A DNA stretch of 32,000 bases from Halorhodospira halophila SL1 (lineage in GTDB: Bacteria > Pseudomonadota > Gammaproteobacteria > Nitrococcales > Halorhodospiraceae). The translations under genes and the position numbers were made by a program. Positions 1 to 7,624 of this stretch are shown here, piece after piece. The notes below the pieces were generated by a model, which had not been told where the DNA came from, searched no databases, and saw only the letters and a program-made list of their open reading frames with translations. How positions within the stretch are numbered: position 1 is the first letter of the stretch; each line of letters begins with the position of its first letter. The stretch spans positions 2,280,001 to 2,312,000 of the forward strand of contig NC_008789.1 of the NCBI RefSeq assembly GCF_000015585.1, read 5' to 3'.

Positions 1-1
1 G

Positions 2-208
2 GGCCGGCCGGCCCAGGTCCTGCGGGCACTGCACGCCGACGCTCGGGGCCCCGATGAGGATCAGTTGCTGGCTGCCGCACTGGGGCACGCCACCCGCCGG
101 GTCGTGGTCAAGCGGCCACAGCGCGCGGCCCCGGTGGCCGGCCCGCCGCCGAGCCGGTCGGTCGCCGGTCGGGCCGTACGCTTCGACGTCTACGAGGTCA
201 ACGGCTAG
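2..208 (+). CDS. rsmJ: 3' end of 16S rRNA m2G1516 methyltransferase RsmJ-like gene (5' end outside window)
   Basis: Not in the ORF track because it has no start in the window. Frame 2 is open from nt 2 to TAG at 206-208, with GC-rich third positions. The translation ..LLAAALGHATRRVVVKRPQRAAPVAGPPPSRSVAGRAVRFDVYEVNG* resembles the remembered E. coli RsmJ/YhiQ C-terminus (..KRVVVKRPDYAPPL...GHRFDIY..). Confidence 0.6.
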   Translation, partial: GRPAQVLRALHADARGPDEDQLLAAALGHATRRVVVKRPQRAAPVAGPPPSRSVAGRAVRFDVYEVNG

Positions 209-783
209 CGCAATCCTGGGACCAGCCCGCCACCGACCCCTGGACCCCCTCCTGGCCCCGGCTCGGTGGCCCCCGCTCCATCGTCCGGAACGCGGCCGGA
301 GACGCCCCCGCCGAGGCCCGTCGGGCCGTGGCGCCGATCATAGAACTCGACGTCGATATGGGGCGGCGGCCGGCGCAGGCTGGCTACGAAGGCGGCGTCG
401 AGCAGCAACTCCAGCTGGTCCGGCGCCATGGGCATGTAGCCGGCGAACAGGGCCGAGACACTGTGGATCAGCTGCCGCGCGCCGTCCTGGCGGACGGGGC
501 CGATCAACTCCCGCACCTCCTGGGGATCGAGGGCACCGCCGGTGCGACGGTCGTGGAAGGCGACACCGAGGTGCTCCGGTGGCACCCGCATATTCGAGGC
601 CACGGCGGCGCCGAACAGCGCCTGGGCGCGTTCGTTGTCCATCGGCTGAGAGGCGCTGAGAAAGAACTCAAGCACGTCCAGGCCGGTCCGGTACTCCACC
701 TGATCCGGCTCGGAGGCGTTGCTGGCACCCGCCGTTGCCGCCAGCATCACGCAGGCCGCTACTGCGGCTCGAAGACACCTCAT
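205..783 (-). CDS. Hypothetical secreted protein, 192 aa, with an internal about 71-residue duplication and a Gly/Pro-rich C-terminal tail
   Basis: ATG at 783 is preceded by GGAGGGG about 8 nt upstream. Third-position GC is high. The N-terminus MRCLRAAVAACVMLAATAGASNA looks like a Sec signal peptide. Residues about 38-82 and 109-153 align at a constant offset of 71 (PM, AA, R.PP.H..V.F.DRR.G). I recognise no family. Confidence 0.6.
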   Translation of the reverse strand: MRCLRAAVAACVMLAATAGASNASEPDQVEYRTGLDVLEFFLSASQPMDNERAQALFGAAVASNMRVPPEHLGVAFHDRRTGGALDPQEVRELIGPVRQDGARQLIHSVSALFAGYMPMAPDQLELLLDAAFVASLRRPPPHIDVEFYDRRHGPTGLGGGVSGRVPDDGAGATEPGPGGGPGVGGGLVPGLR

Positions 784-820
784 CGGGAACCCCTCCGTAC
801 GACCGGGCGGCCGCTGGCCA

Positions 821-833
821 CTGACTCAGTCAG
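821..833. promoter_or_regulatory. 13-nt inverted repeat CTGACT-C-AGTCAG upstream of the hypothetical gene
   Basis: Read directly from the sequence. It is a perfect palindrome apart from the central base, lying about 40 nt upstream of the ATG at 783 and downstream of the tRNA terminator hairpin. Confidence 0.3.
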
Positions 834-853
834 AGTACGAGATCCCAACGCAA

Positions 854-888
854 ACCGCCAGCGACGCCCGGGGGCGTGCGCTGGCGGT
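854..888 (-). terminator. GC-rich hairpin downstream of tRNA-Gln (candidate intrinsic terminator)
   Basis: On the minus strand: ACCGCCAGCGCACGCCC-CCG-GGCGT(C)GCTGGCGGT followed by TTGCGTTGGG. The stem is about 16 bp with one bulge. The U-tract is short (TT), so termination efficiency is uncertain. Confidence 0.5.
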
Positions 889-906
889 CTGTGTCTGCGG
901 TGTAGA

Positions 907-980
907 TGGCTGGGGGAGGTGGATTCGAACCACCGCTGACGGAGTCAGAGTCCGTAGTCCTACCGCTAGACGATCCCCCA
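907..980 (-). tRNA. tRNA-Gln (anticodon CUG), CCA encoded
   Basis: Reverse complement: TGGGGGA TC GTCT AGCGGTA GGAC T ACGGA CTCTGAC TCCGT CAGC GGTGG TTCGAAT CCACC TCCCCCA G CCA. It folds as a full cloverleaf with a 7-bp acceptor stem, a TTCGAAT T-loop and anticodon loop CU-CUG-AC. The 5' UGGGG start is typical of bacterial tRNA-Gln. Confidence 0.93.
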
Positions 981-1001
981 GGAGAAGCCTGGTGCGACGC
1001 G

Positions 1002-1394
1002 TTAACGCTTGGAGAACTGCGTCGCGCGACGGGCCTTGTGCAGGCCGATCTTCTTCCGCTCGACCATGCGGGCGTCGCGGGTAATGAAGCCGGCACGGCG
1101 CAGCGGCGCCTTGAGCTCGGCATCGTAGTTGGCCAGCGCGCGGGCAATGCCGTGGCGCACGGCACCAGCCTGACCGCTGGAGCCACCGCCCGAGACGGTC
1201 GCCTTGATGTCGAACTTGTCGCCGGCGTCGACTTGCTCCAGGGCCTGGCGCACGATCATGCGTCCCGTCTCACGCCCGAAGTACTCATCCAGCGGGCGCC
1301 CGTTGACAGTGATGTTTCCGTTACCCGGGGTCATGAAGACCCGCGCGGCGGAGGTCTTGCGGCGTCCGGTTCCGTAATACTGCTGATTGGCCAT
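1002..1394 (-). CDS. rpsI: 30S ribosomal protein S9
   Basis: 130 aa: [20 protein letters not shown]...[14 protein letters not shown]. This is the canonical S9 sequence including the C-terminal QFSKR. Confidence 0.97.
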   Translation of the reverse strand: MANQQYYGTGRRKTSAARVFMTPGNGNITVNGRPLDEYFGRETGRMIVRQALEQVDAGDKFDIKATVSGGGSSGQAGAVRHGIARALANYDAELKAPLRRAGFITRDARMVERKKIGLHKARRATQFSKR

Positions 1395-1420
1395 GGTCTT
1401 GATCGTTCCCGATTGTAGCC

Positions 1421-1849
1421 TCAGAGCTCCAGCGGCTGCGGCTGCTGAGCGTGATGACGGTGCTCGTTGCCGGCGTAGACCTTGAGCTTCTTGAGCATGG
1501 CCCGGCCCAGCCGGTTCTTCGGCATCATCCCGCGCACCGCGCTCTCGATCAGGCGCTCCGGATGACGTTCACGCACCTCGGCCACGGAACGGCTCTTGAT
1601 GCCGCCCGGAAAACCGGTGTGCCAGAAATACTGCTTGTCTCGCTCCTTCCGCCCGGTCAGGCGAATCTTGTCGGCATTGATGACGACAATATAATCGCCC
1701 GCGTCGACGTGCGGAGTAAAGACCGGCTTGTGCTTGCCGCGCAGGCGATGCGCAACCTCGCTGGCCAGCCGACCGAGCGTCTTGTCGGTGGCGTCAACCA
1801 GGTACCAGTCGCGTTGAACCTCTGCGGGCTTGGCGCTATACGTCTTCAT
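1421..1849 (-). CDS. rplM: 50S ribosomal protein L13
   Basis: 142 aa: [30 protein letters not shown]...[20 protein letters not shown], canonical L13. ATG at 1849 with GGAGAG upstream. Confidence 0.97.
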   Translation of the reverse strand: MKTYSAKPAEVQRDWYLVDATDKTLGRLASEVAHRLRGKHKPVFTPHVDAGDYIVVINADKIRLTGRKERDKQYFWHTGFPGGIKSRSVAEVRERHPERLIESAVRGMMPKNRLGRAMLKKLKVYAGNEHRHHAQQPQPLEL

Positions 1850-1878
1850 CGCTTCGCTCTCTCCGTCGAAGACCGCGC

Positions 1879-1907
1879 ATCATAACGGAAGGCAGCGGTA
1901 CTGGCAA
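1879..1907 (-). promoter_or_regulatory. Sigma70-type promoter for rplM-rpsI(-tRNA-Gln)
   Basis: Minus strand: TTGCCA (1907-1902), a 17-nt spacer, then TATGAT (1884-1879), about 30 nt upstream of the rplM ATG. Confidence 0.6.
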
Positions 1908-1909
1908 CC

Positions 1910-1936
1910 GCCGCCGCCCCCGCCGTCCGCGGCGGC
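1910..1936 (-). terminator. GC-only hairpin abutting the speD stop codon (no U-tract)
   Basis: Minus strand: GCCGCCGC, an 11-nt loop, then GCGGCGGC, starting immediately after TGA (1939-1937). No T-run follows. The sequence is low-complexity (GCC/GGC), so the evidence is weak. Confidence 0.2.
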
Positions 1937-2815
1937 TCAGACTTCTTGGTTGGCCGGCAGGTTACGCCCGGCGAAGATCTCCATCATCTCCCGGCGCAGG
2001 TGCCTGCGGATGGTGTTCGCCTCCTCCTCGTCGAGGTCCGCGCTCGACTCCCCGAAGAGGTAGTTATCCAGATCGAACTCGCGCAGGATCATCTTCGTGT
2101 GGAAGATGTTCTCCTGGTAGACGTTCACGTCCAGGGTCTGGTAGCGCTCCTTTGTATCCTCGGACAGGTAGTTCTGGATCGAGTTGATCTCGTGATCGAT
2201 GAAGTGCTTGTGGCCCTCCACGTCGCGGGTGAAGCCGCGCACGCGGTAGTCCATGGTCACGATGTCCGAGTCAAAGGAGTGAATCAGGTAGTTGAGCGCC
2301 GTCAGTGGTGAGATGACCCCGCAGGTGGAGACGTCGATGTCCGCCCGAAAGGTGCTCACTCCCTTGTCCGGGTGCATCTCCGGGTACGTGTGCACGGTGA
2401 TGTGCGACTTGTCCAGGTGGGCCACCACGTCGTCGGGCAGCGGCCCCGGCCGCGCCTCGGCGCTCTCCTCGGCCTCCTCGGGGGAGACCGGCCCCTCGGA
2501 GATGAGGATGGTCACGCTGGCGCCCTGCGGGTCGTAGTCCTGACGCGCCACGTTGAGCACATTGGCGCCGATGATCTCGGCGACATTGGTAAGGATCTCG
2601 GTTAGCCGCTCGGCGTTGTACTCTTCGTCGATGTATTCGATGTACGCCCGCCGCTGCGCCTCGGTCTTGGCGTAGCAAACGTCGTAGATATTGAAGCTCA
2701 ACGACTTGGTCAGATTGTTGAAGCCGTGGAGCCGGATGCGGGTGTAATCGACCAACGCCTGGGCCCTCCCGTCGTTGTTGGGAAGTGTGCGCTCAAGAGA
2801 GCGGGAATTATGCAC
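1937..2815 (-). CDS. speD: S-adenosylmethionine decarboxylase proenzyme (E. coli-type SpeD)
   Basis: [23 protein letters not shown]...[15 protein letters not shown]...[22 protein letters not shown]...[11 protein letters not shown] closely follows remembered E. coli SpeD. The ORF start at 2815 is GTG. An alternative TTG at 2755 is preceded by GGGAGGG and would give an E. coli-like N-terminal length. Confidence 0.92.
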   Translation of the reverse strand: MHNSRSLERTLPNNDGRAQALVDYTRIRLHGFNNLTKSLSFNIYDVCYAKTEAQRRAYIEYIDEEYNAERLTEILTNVAEIIGANVLNVARQDYDPQGASVTILISEGPVSPEEAEESAEARPGPLPDDVVAHLDKSHITVHTYPEMHPDKGVSTFRADIDVSTCGVISPLTALNYLIHSFDSDIVTMDYRVRGFTRDVEGHKHFIDHEINSIQNYLSEDTKERYQTLDVNVYQENIFHTKMILREFDLDNYLFGESSADLDEEEANTIRRHLRREMMEIFAGRNLPANQEV

Positions 2816-2875
2816 AAATCTGGCGATAACGCCACCTTTGTGGTGGACAGCGTCATGACTGCCACCGTTCCGCCA

Positions 2876-2909
2876 CGGCCCCCGGGAACCCGCTCGCCCA
2901 GGGGGGCCG
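2876..2909 (-). terminator. GC-rich hairpin immediately 3' of trpC (no U-tract)
   Basis: CGGCCCCCGGG / CCC(AG)GGGGGCCG arms with a 10-nt loop, starting 1 nt after the trpC TAA (2913-2911). It is not followed by a T-run. Confidence 0.25.
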
Positions 2910-2910
2910 G

Positions 2911-3729
2911 TTACACCCCGGCGGGGCTCCCGAACAGCTCGGCGAGCCGTGCCCCGGGGCTTGGGGCCGACATGAAGGCCTCGCCGACCAGGAAGGCGTG
3001 GATCCCCGCCGCGTGCATGCGTGCCACGTCCTCACGGGTGTGGATGCCGCTCTCGGTCACCGCCAGCGCGCCGGCCGGCATCGACTCGGACAACACCTCA
3101 CTGGTCGCCAGGTCTGTGTGGAAGGTCCGCAGATCGCGGTTGTTCACACCGACCAGGGCAGGCCCCAGCGGCCCGACCCGGGCCAGTTCCTCGGCATCGT
3201 GGACCTCGATCAGCACATCCATGCCCAGCTCGACCGCCAAGGCGTGCAGCTCGGCCAGCTGCGCGTCGCCCAGCGCCGCGGCGATGAGCAGGATGCAGTC
3301 GGCCCCGAGGACGCGGGCCTCATAGACCTGATAGGTATCGACGGTGAAATCCTTGCGGAGCACCGGCAGCTGAACGGCCTCGCGGGCCGCCTGCAGGTGG
3401 GCGTCGTCGCCCTGGAAGAAGTCGCGGTCGGTCAGGACCGACAGGCACGCGGCACCATGACGCTGATAATCGACGGCGATAGCCGCCGGCTGGAAGTCCT
3501 CGCGGATCACGCCACGGCTCGGCGAGGCCCGCTTGATCTCGGCGATCACCCCGGTACCCCCGGCCTCGATCCGCTGCAGCAGCGCGTCGCGGAACCCGCG
3601 GGTCGGCGGCAGATCGGCCGCAGCGGCCGAGAGCTCGCGCAGCGAGCGGCTCTCGGCCCGCTCGACCACCTCCTCGACCTTACGGCGCAGGATGCGGCGC
3701 AGGATATCCGGCGTCCCGGGCGCGCTCAT
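2911..3729 (-). CDS. trpC: Indole-3-glycerol phosphate synthase
   Basis: 272 aa with [29 protein letters not shown] and the IGVNNRDL-like motif [11 protein letters not shown]. The ATG at 3729 overlaps the trpD stop (ATGA). Confidence 0.95.
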   Translation of the reverse strand: MSAPGTPDILRRILRRKVEEVVERAESRSLRELSAAAADLPPTRGFRDALLQRIEAGGTGVIAEIKRASPSRGVIREDFQPAAIAVDYQRHGAACLSVLTDRDFFQGDDAHLQAAREAVQLPVLRKDFTVDTYQVYEARVLGADCILLIAAALGDAQLAELHALAVELGMDVLIEVHDAEELARVGPLGPALVGVNNRDLRTFHTDLATSEVLSESMPAGALAVTESGIHTREDVARMHAAGIHAFLVGEAFMSAPSPGARLAELFGSPAGV

Positions 3730-4754
3730 TGGGCGAGTTCCTTGGTCGTCGCCACGAAGCGCTCCAGCGTCTGAGCGGCGGCACCGGAGGTCATGAGTTC
3801 CCGGGCTCGCTCCACACCACGACGCAGATCGGGGGCCTCGCCGCCAACATAGAGCGCAGCGCCGGCGTTGGCGGCGATCAGCTCCATGGCGGCAATGCGC
3901 TCGCCGGAGAAGGCGGCACGGATCATCGCCAGACTGTCCTTGGTGCCGGAGATGGTCACCTCATTGAGCGGCGCGCTGCGCAGCCCCAGATCCTCCGGCG
4001 TGACGGTGTACTCCTCGATCTGGCCGTTGCGCAGCTCGGCGATCCGCGTCGGTGCGGCGATGCTGATCTCGTCGAGCCCGTCCTCGGCGTGGACCACCAG
4101 CACGTGGTCGCTGCCCAGCGCCTGGAGCACCTCGGCCACCGGGCGCACCCACTCCTGCCCGAAGACCCCGAGCAGCTGGCGCCGCGCCCCGGCGGGGTTG
4201 GACAACGGGCCCACCAGGTTGAACAGGGTGCGGACCCCGAGCTCCTTGCGCGGTCCCACGGCGTGCTTCATGGCGCTGTGGTGCAGCGGGGCGAAGAGGA
4301 AACCAACGTTGACCCGACGGATGCACTCAGCCACCGCCTCGCTGCTGAGTTCCAGCGTGGCGCCGCAGGCCTCGAGCAGGTCGGCGCTGCCGCTGCGCCC
4401 GGAGACCGAGCGGTTGCCGTGCTTGGCCACCGGGATGCCCCCGGCGGCGGTCACGAAGGCGGCGGCGGTCGAGACGTTCAGGGTGCCGCGGGCATCGCCA
4501 CCGGTGCCGCAGGTGTCCACCAGGCGGTGGAAGTCGTCGCCGACATCGACCCGCTCGGCGAGCTCCCGCATGACCGAGGCGGCGGCGGCCATCTCCTGGA
4601 CCGTCTCCCCCTTGAGCCGCATGCCGATGAGGAAGCCACCGATCTGCGCCGGCGTCGCCCCGCCGGTCATGATGGTGCGGAAGACCGCGGTCATCTCATC
4701 GGGGCTGAGATCCTGGTTCTCCGTGATGCGACGAAGGGCGGCGGTTAGGTCCAT
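3726..4754 (-). CDS. trpD: Anthranilate phosphoribosyltransferase
   Basis: 342 aa with VDTCGTGGD, AKHGNRSVSGRSGSADLLEA and NPAG motifs, in trp operon context. Confidence 0.95.
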   Translation of the reverse strand: MDLTAALRRITENQDLSPDEMTAVFRTIMTGGATPAQIGGFLIGMRLKGETVQEMAAAASVMRELAERVDVGDDFHRLVDTCGTGGDARGTLNVSTAAAFVTAAGGIPVAKHGNRSVSGRSGSADLLEACGATLELSSEAVAECIRRVNVGFLFAPLHHSAMKHAVGPRKELGVRTLFNLVGPLSNPAGARRQLLGVFGQEWVRPVAEVLQALGSDHVLVVHAEDGLDEISIAAPTRIAELRNGQIEEYTVTPEDLGLRSAPLNEVTISGTKDSLAMIRAAFSGERIAAMELIAANAGAALYVGGEAPDLRRGVERARELMTSGAAAQTLERFVATTKELAQ

Positions 4755-4775
4755 AGGGTGCCTCGGTTTTTTTCG

Positions 4776-4809
4776 GTTCAGTGTGCAGCGTTCAGGGCGC
4801 AGGGTTCAG
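4776..4809. repeat. Three direct GTTCAG hexamers with an exact 14-nt period in the trpG-trpD spacer
   Basis: GTTCAG occurs at 4776-4781, 4790-4795 and 4804-4809. GCAG also recurs with the same 14-nt period (4785, 4799). The third copy contains the trpG stop codon (4806-4808). Confidence 0.7.
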
Positions 4810-5399
4810 GCGACGGCGCGGGGCTGCTCCAGGAAGTTGCGCAGAAGATCGTGCCCGGCGGAGGTAAGGATCGACTCGGGGTGAAACTGCACGCCCTCCA
4901 CCGGCAGTCGGCGGTGGCGCAGCCCCATGATCTCGTCGATGGCGCCGTGGGGCCCCTCGGTCCAGGCGGTGATCTCCAGCTCCTGCGGAAGGCTCTCGCG
5001 CTCGACGATCAGCGAGTGGTAGCGGGTGGCCTCCAGCGGCTCGGGCAGACCGGCGAAGACCCCCTGGCCGCGGTGGCGCACCGGGGAGGTCTTGCCGTGC
5101 ATGACCTCGCGGGCCCGGATCACGCGGCCGCCGAACACCTGCCCGATGGTCTGGTGCCCCAGGCAGACACCGAGGATGGGCACTTCGCCGGCCAGGGCGC
5201 GGACCACCTCCAGCGAGACGCCGGCCTCGTTGGGGGTGCAGGGCCCCGGGGAGATCACGATGCGCTCCGGGCGCAGGCGGCGCACCTCGTCGATACTGAT
5301 CTCGTCGTTGCGCACCACCTCGACTCGGGCACCCAGCTCGCCCAGATACTGGACGAGATTCCAGGTGAACGAGTCGTAGTTATCGATCATCAGGATCAT
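4806..5399 (-). CDS. trpG: Anthranilate synthase component II (glutamine amidotransferase)
   Basis: [23 protein letters not shown]...GVCLGHQ...FHPES is the class-I GATase of TrpG/PabA type. The start was re-called to the ATG at 5399, which overlaps the trpE TGA (ATGA). The ORF-track upstream extension lies inside trpE. Confidence 0.93.
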   Translation of the reverse strand: MILMIDNYDSFTWNLVQYLGELGARVEVVRNDEISIDEVRRLRPERIVISPGPCTPNEAGVSLEVVRALAGEVPILGVCLGHQTIGQVFGGRVIRAREVMHGKTSPVRHRGQGVFAGLPEPLEATRYHSLIVERESLPQELEITAWTEGPHGAIDEIMGLRHRRLPVEGVQFHPESILTSAGHDLLRNFLEQPRAVA

Positions 5400-6871
5400 A
5401 AGCCAGCCTCGGCCATCTCGACGGCGCGCAGCAGCGCCCGGCCCTTGTTCAGGGTCTCCTTCCACTCCAGCTCGGGAACCGAGTCTGCGACCACACCGGC
5501 ACCCGCCTGGACGTGGACCTGGCCATCGTGAACCACCGCGGTCCGGATCGCGATGGCGGTGTCCATGTTCCCCGACCAGGAGAGATAGCCGACGGCGCCG
5601 GCGTAGACACCGCGCTTGACCGGCTCGACCTCGTCGATGATCTCCATGGCACGGATCTTCGGCGCGCCGGAGACCGTGCCGGCCGGGAAGGTGGCCCGCA
5701 GCACGTCCATGGGACCGAGCCCCGGTCGCAGCCGCCCGACCACGTTGGAGACGATGTGCATGACCTGGGAGTAGCGCTCCACCACCATGCGCTCGGTCAG
5801 GCGCACCGTGCCGGTCTCGGCGACCCGGCCGACGTCGTTGCGCCCGAGGTCGATGAGCATCACGTGCTCGGCGATCTCCTTCGGGTCGGAGACCAGCTCC
5901 TGTTCCAGCTCCTGGTCGCGGGCCTCGGTGGCGCCGCGCTTGCGGGTCCCGGCAATCGGGCGCACGGCCACCTCGCCATCCTCGAGGCGGACCAGGATCT
6001 CCGGCGAGGAGCCGACCACCTGGCAGGCGCCGAGGTCGAGGAAGTACATGTAGGGCGAGGGGTTGGTGCAGCGCAACGCGCGGTAGAGATCGAGGGGCTC
6101 CGCGCTGAACGGCATGCTCATGCGCTGCGACGGGACCACCTGCATCACGTCGCCGGCGGCGATGTACTCGCGGATCCGCTCCACCGCGGCCTCGAACCCG
6201 GCCTGGGTGAAGTTGTAGCGGGGCTCCCCCGCCGCCACGCCGCCGCCCGGACGCCGGGTGCGCTCCAGGGGCTCGGCCAGCCGCCCGGCCAGTTCGTCCA
6301 GCCGTGCCAGGCCGGCTGCATAGGCGTCCGGCTCGCGCGGATCGCAGTGGACCACCAGATAGAGCCGCCCGGCGAGGTTGTCGAAGACGACCACCTCCTC
6401 GGCCTCCACCAGGCAGATGTCCGGCAGCCCGAGGGGGTCTTCCGGGGCGCTAGCGGCCAGCCGCGGCTCGACGTAGCGCACCGTGTCGTAGCCGAAGTAC
6501 CCCACCAGCCCCCCCAGGAACCGCGGCATCTGCGGGAATCCGGAGGGCGTCGCGGCGCGATGACGGTGCTGATACGCCTCGATCCAGGCCAGCGGATCGC
6601 GCACCTGCTGCTCGTCGACGAGCGCGCCATCGCGGCGGACCTCAACCCGGTGCCCGTAGACGGCGATCTCGGTCCGGGCCGGCAGCCCGATGATGGAGTA
6701 GCGGCCCCACTTCTCACCGCCCTCCACCGACTCGAAGAGGAAGGAGCGCGGCCCGCGGGCGAGCTTGAGATAGGTGGACAGCGGGGTGTCGAGATCGGCC
6801 AGGACCTCGCGGATGAGCGGGATACGGGTGTACCCGGCTTCGGCGAGGCTGTGGAACTCGTGCTCTTTCAT
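5396..6871 (-). CDS. trpE: Anthranilate synthase component I
   Basis: 491 aa from [37 protein letters not shown] (TrpE N-terminal LSTYLKL-type motif) to ...[17 protein letters not shown]. The ORF-track extension to 7036 overlaps gph and is rejected. Confidence 0.94.
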   Translation of the reverse strand: MKEHEFHSLAEAGYTRIPLIREVLADLDTPLSTYLKLARGPRSFLFESVEGGEKWGRYSIIGLPARTEIAVYGHRVEVRRDGALVDEQQVRDPLAWIEAYQHRHRAATPSGFPQMPRFLGGLVGYFGYDTVRYVEPRLAASAPEDPLGLPDICLVEAEEVVVFDNLAGRLYLVVHCDPREPDAYAAGLARLDELAGRLAEPLERTRRPGGGVAAGEPRYNFTQAGFEAAVERIREYIAAGDVMQVVPSQRMSMPFSAEPLDLYRALRCTNPSPYMYFLDLGACQVVGSSPEILVRLEDGEVAVRPIAGTRKRGATEARDQELEQELVSDPKEIAEHVMLIDLGRNDVGRVAETGTVRLTERMVVERYSQVMHIVSNVVGRLRPGLGPMDVLRATFPAGTVSGAPKIRAMEIIDEVEPVKRGVYAGAVGYLSWSGNMDTAIAIRTAVVHDGQVHVQAGAGVVADSVPELEWKETLNKGRALLRAVEMAEAGL

Positions 6872-6875
6872 GGCC

Positions 6876-7556
6876 TCAGGCCGCCTCGCGTAGCAGCGCG
6901 ACCACGCCGCTGAGATCATCCACGATGGCGTCGGCGCCCAGGTCTTCCAGCGCCACCCCGCGGCGGTAGCCGTAGGGCACACACACCACCGGAATACCGG
7001 CGTTGCGCGCCGCCTCCACGTCGGTTCGCGAGTCACCGACCATCAGCACGGTCCGCGACGCCGCCCCCAGGCGCTCCATGGCCAGCCGGAGCGGCTCCGG
7101 GTCGGGCTTGCGGGCCTCGGTGCACTCGCCGCCAACGACCACGTCGATGGCATCCGTCACCCCCATGCCCTGGAGGATCGGCTCGGCGAAGCGCCGCGGC
7201 TTGTTGGTGACCACGGCCAGACGCATGCCGGCCTGGGCCAGGGCCTGCAGGGTCTCGACGGCCTCCGGGTAGGGGCGGCTGTGTACGTAGACGGCCTCGC
7301 CGTAGCACTCGAAGAAGCGCTCGAGCGCGGCGTCCAGCTCCTCTTCTGGCGGGTTGCCGTCGTCCGCGCCGGTGAGGGCGCGGGCCACCAGCCGACGGGC
7401 ACCATTGCCCACCCAACCGCGGACCTGCTCCTCGGTCACCGGGGCGTGGTCCCGCTCGGCGAGCACCTGGTTGATGGCGACGGTCAGATCCGGGGCGCTG
7501 TCCACCAGCGTCCCGTCCAGATCGAAGAGAATCGCGCGGGTTAGCGAGAGATCCAT
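6876..7556 (-). CDS. gph: Phosphoglycolate phosphatase (HAD superfamily)
   Basis: 226 aa with [18 protein letters not shown] and [19 protein letters not shown] motifs. The gph-trpE adjacency is also seen in other gammaproteobacteria. Confidence 0.85.
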   Translation of the reverse strand: MDLSLTRAILFDLDGTLVDSAPDLTVAINQVLAERDHAPVTEEQVRGWVGNGARRLVARALTGADDGNPPEEELDAALERFFECYGEAVYVHSRPYPEAVETLQALAQAGMRLAVVTNKPRRFAEPILQGMGVTDAIDVVVGGECTEARKPDPEPLRLAMERLGAASRTVLMVGDSRTDVEAARNAGIPVVCVPYGYRRGVALEDLGADAIVDDLSGVVALLREAA

Positions 7557-7560
7557 AGCC

Positions 7561-7579
7561 AGCTTTCAGGTAGAAAGCT
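7561..7579 (-). other. 7-bp hairpin (AGCTTTC-N5-GAAAGCT) ending 4 nt upstream of the gph ATG
   Basis: Read directly from the sequence. No clear SD motif is visible between the hairpin and the ATG at 7556. Confidence 0.4.
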
Positions 7580-7624
7580 ACACCCTACCGGCTGGCCGGC
7601 CTGGACCGCAAGCTGCTGCGGCGC

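Noticed and set aside
462-470. DnaA-box-like 9-mers: TGTGGATCA here and TTATCCAGA at 2054-2062.
   Set aside because: Each has a mismatch in the invariant part of the relaxed consensus TTWTNCACA. Both are inside coding sequence. Only 27743-27751 is a perfect box.
580-596. TGGCAC motif suggesting a sigma54 -24 element.
   Set aside because: The -12 position reads TATT, not TTGC. The site also lies inside the 205-783 coding sequence with no gene downstream on that strand.
54-659. 201-aa plus-strand ORF, extremely Arg/Pro/Gly/Ala-rich.
   Set aside because: It is out of frame with the rsmJ 3' end and antisense to the better-supported secreted-protein gene. The composition is typical of off-frame translation of GC-rich DNA, and there is no SD.
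328-939. 203-aa plus-strand ORF.
   Set aside because: It is antisense to the 205-783 CDS and reads straight through the terminator hairpin and into the tRNA-Gln gene. It is an artefact.
6872-6875. Looked for a trp leader peptide or attenuator upstream of trpE.
   Set aside because: trpE starts 4 nt after the gph stop. There is no room for a leader ORF or terminator/antiterminator structure.
5396-7036. 546-aa version of TrpE overlapping gph.
   Set aside because: The N-terminal 55 residues overlap the gph coding frame and look like off-frame sequence. The homologous TrpE N-terminus begins at the ATG at 6871, 4 nt after the gph stop.
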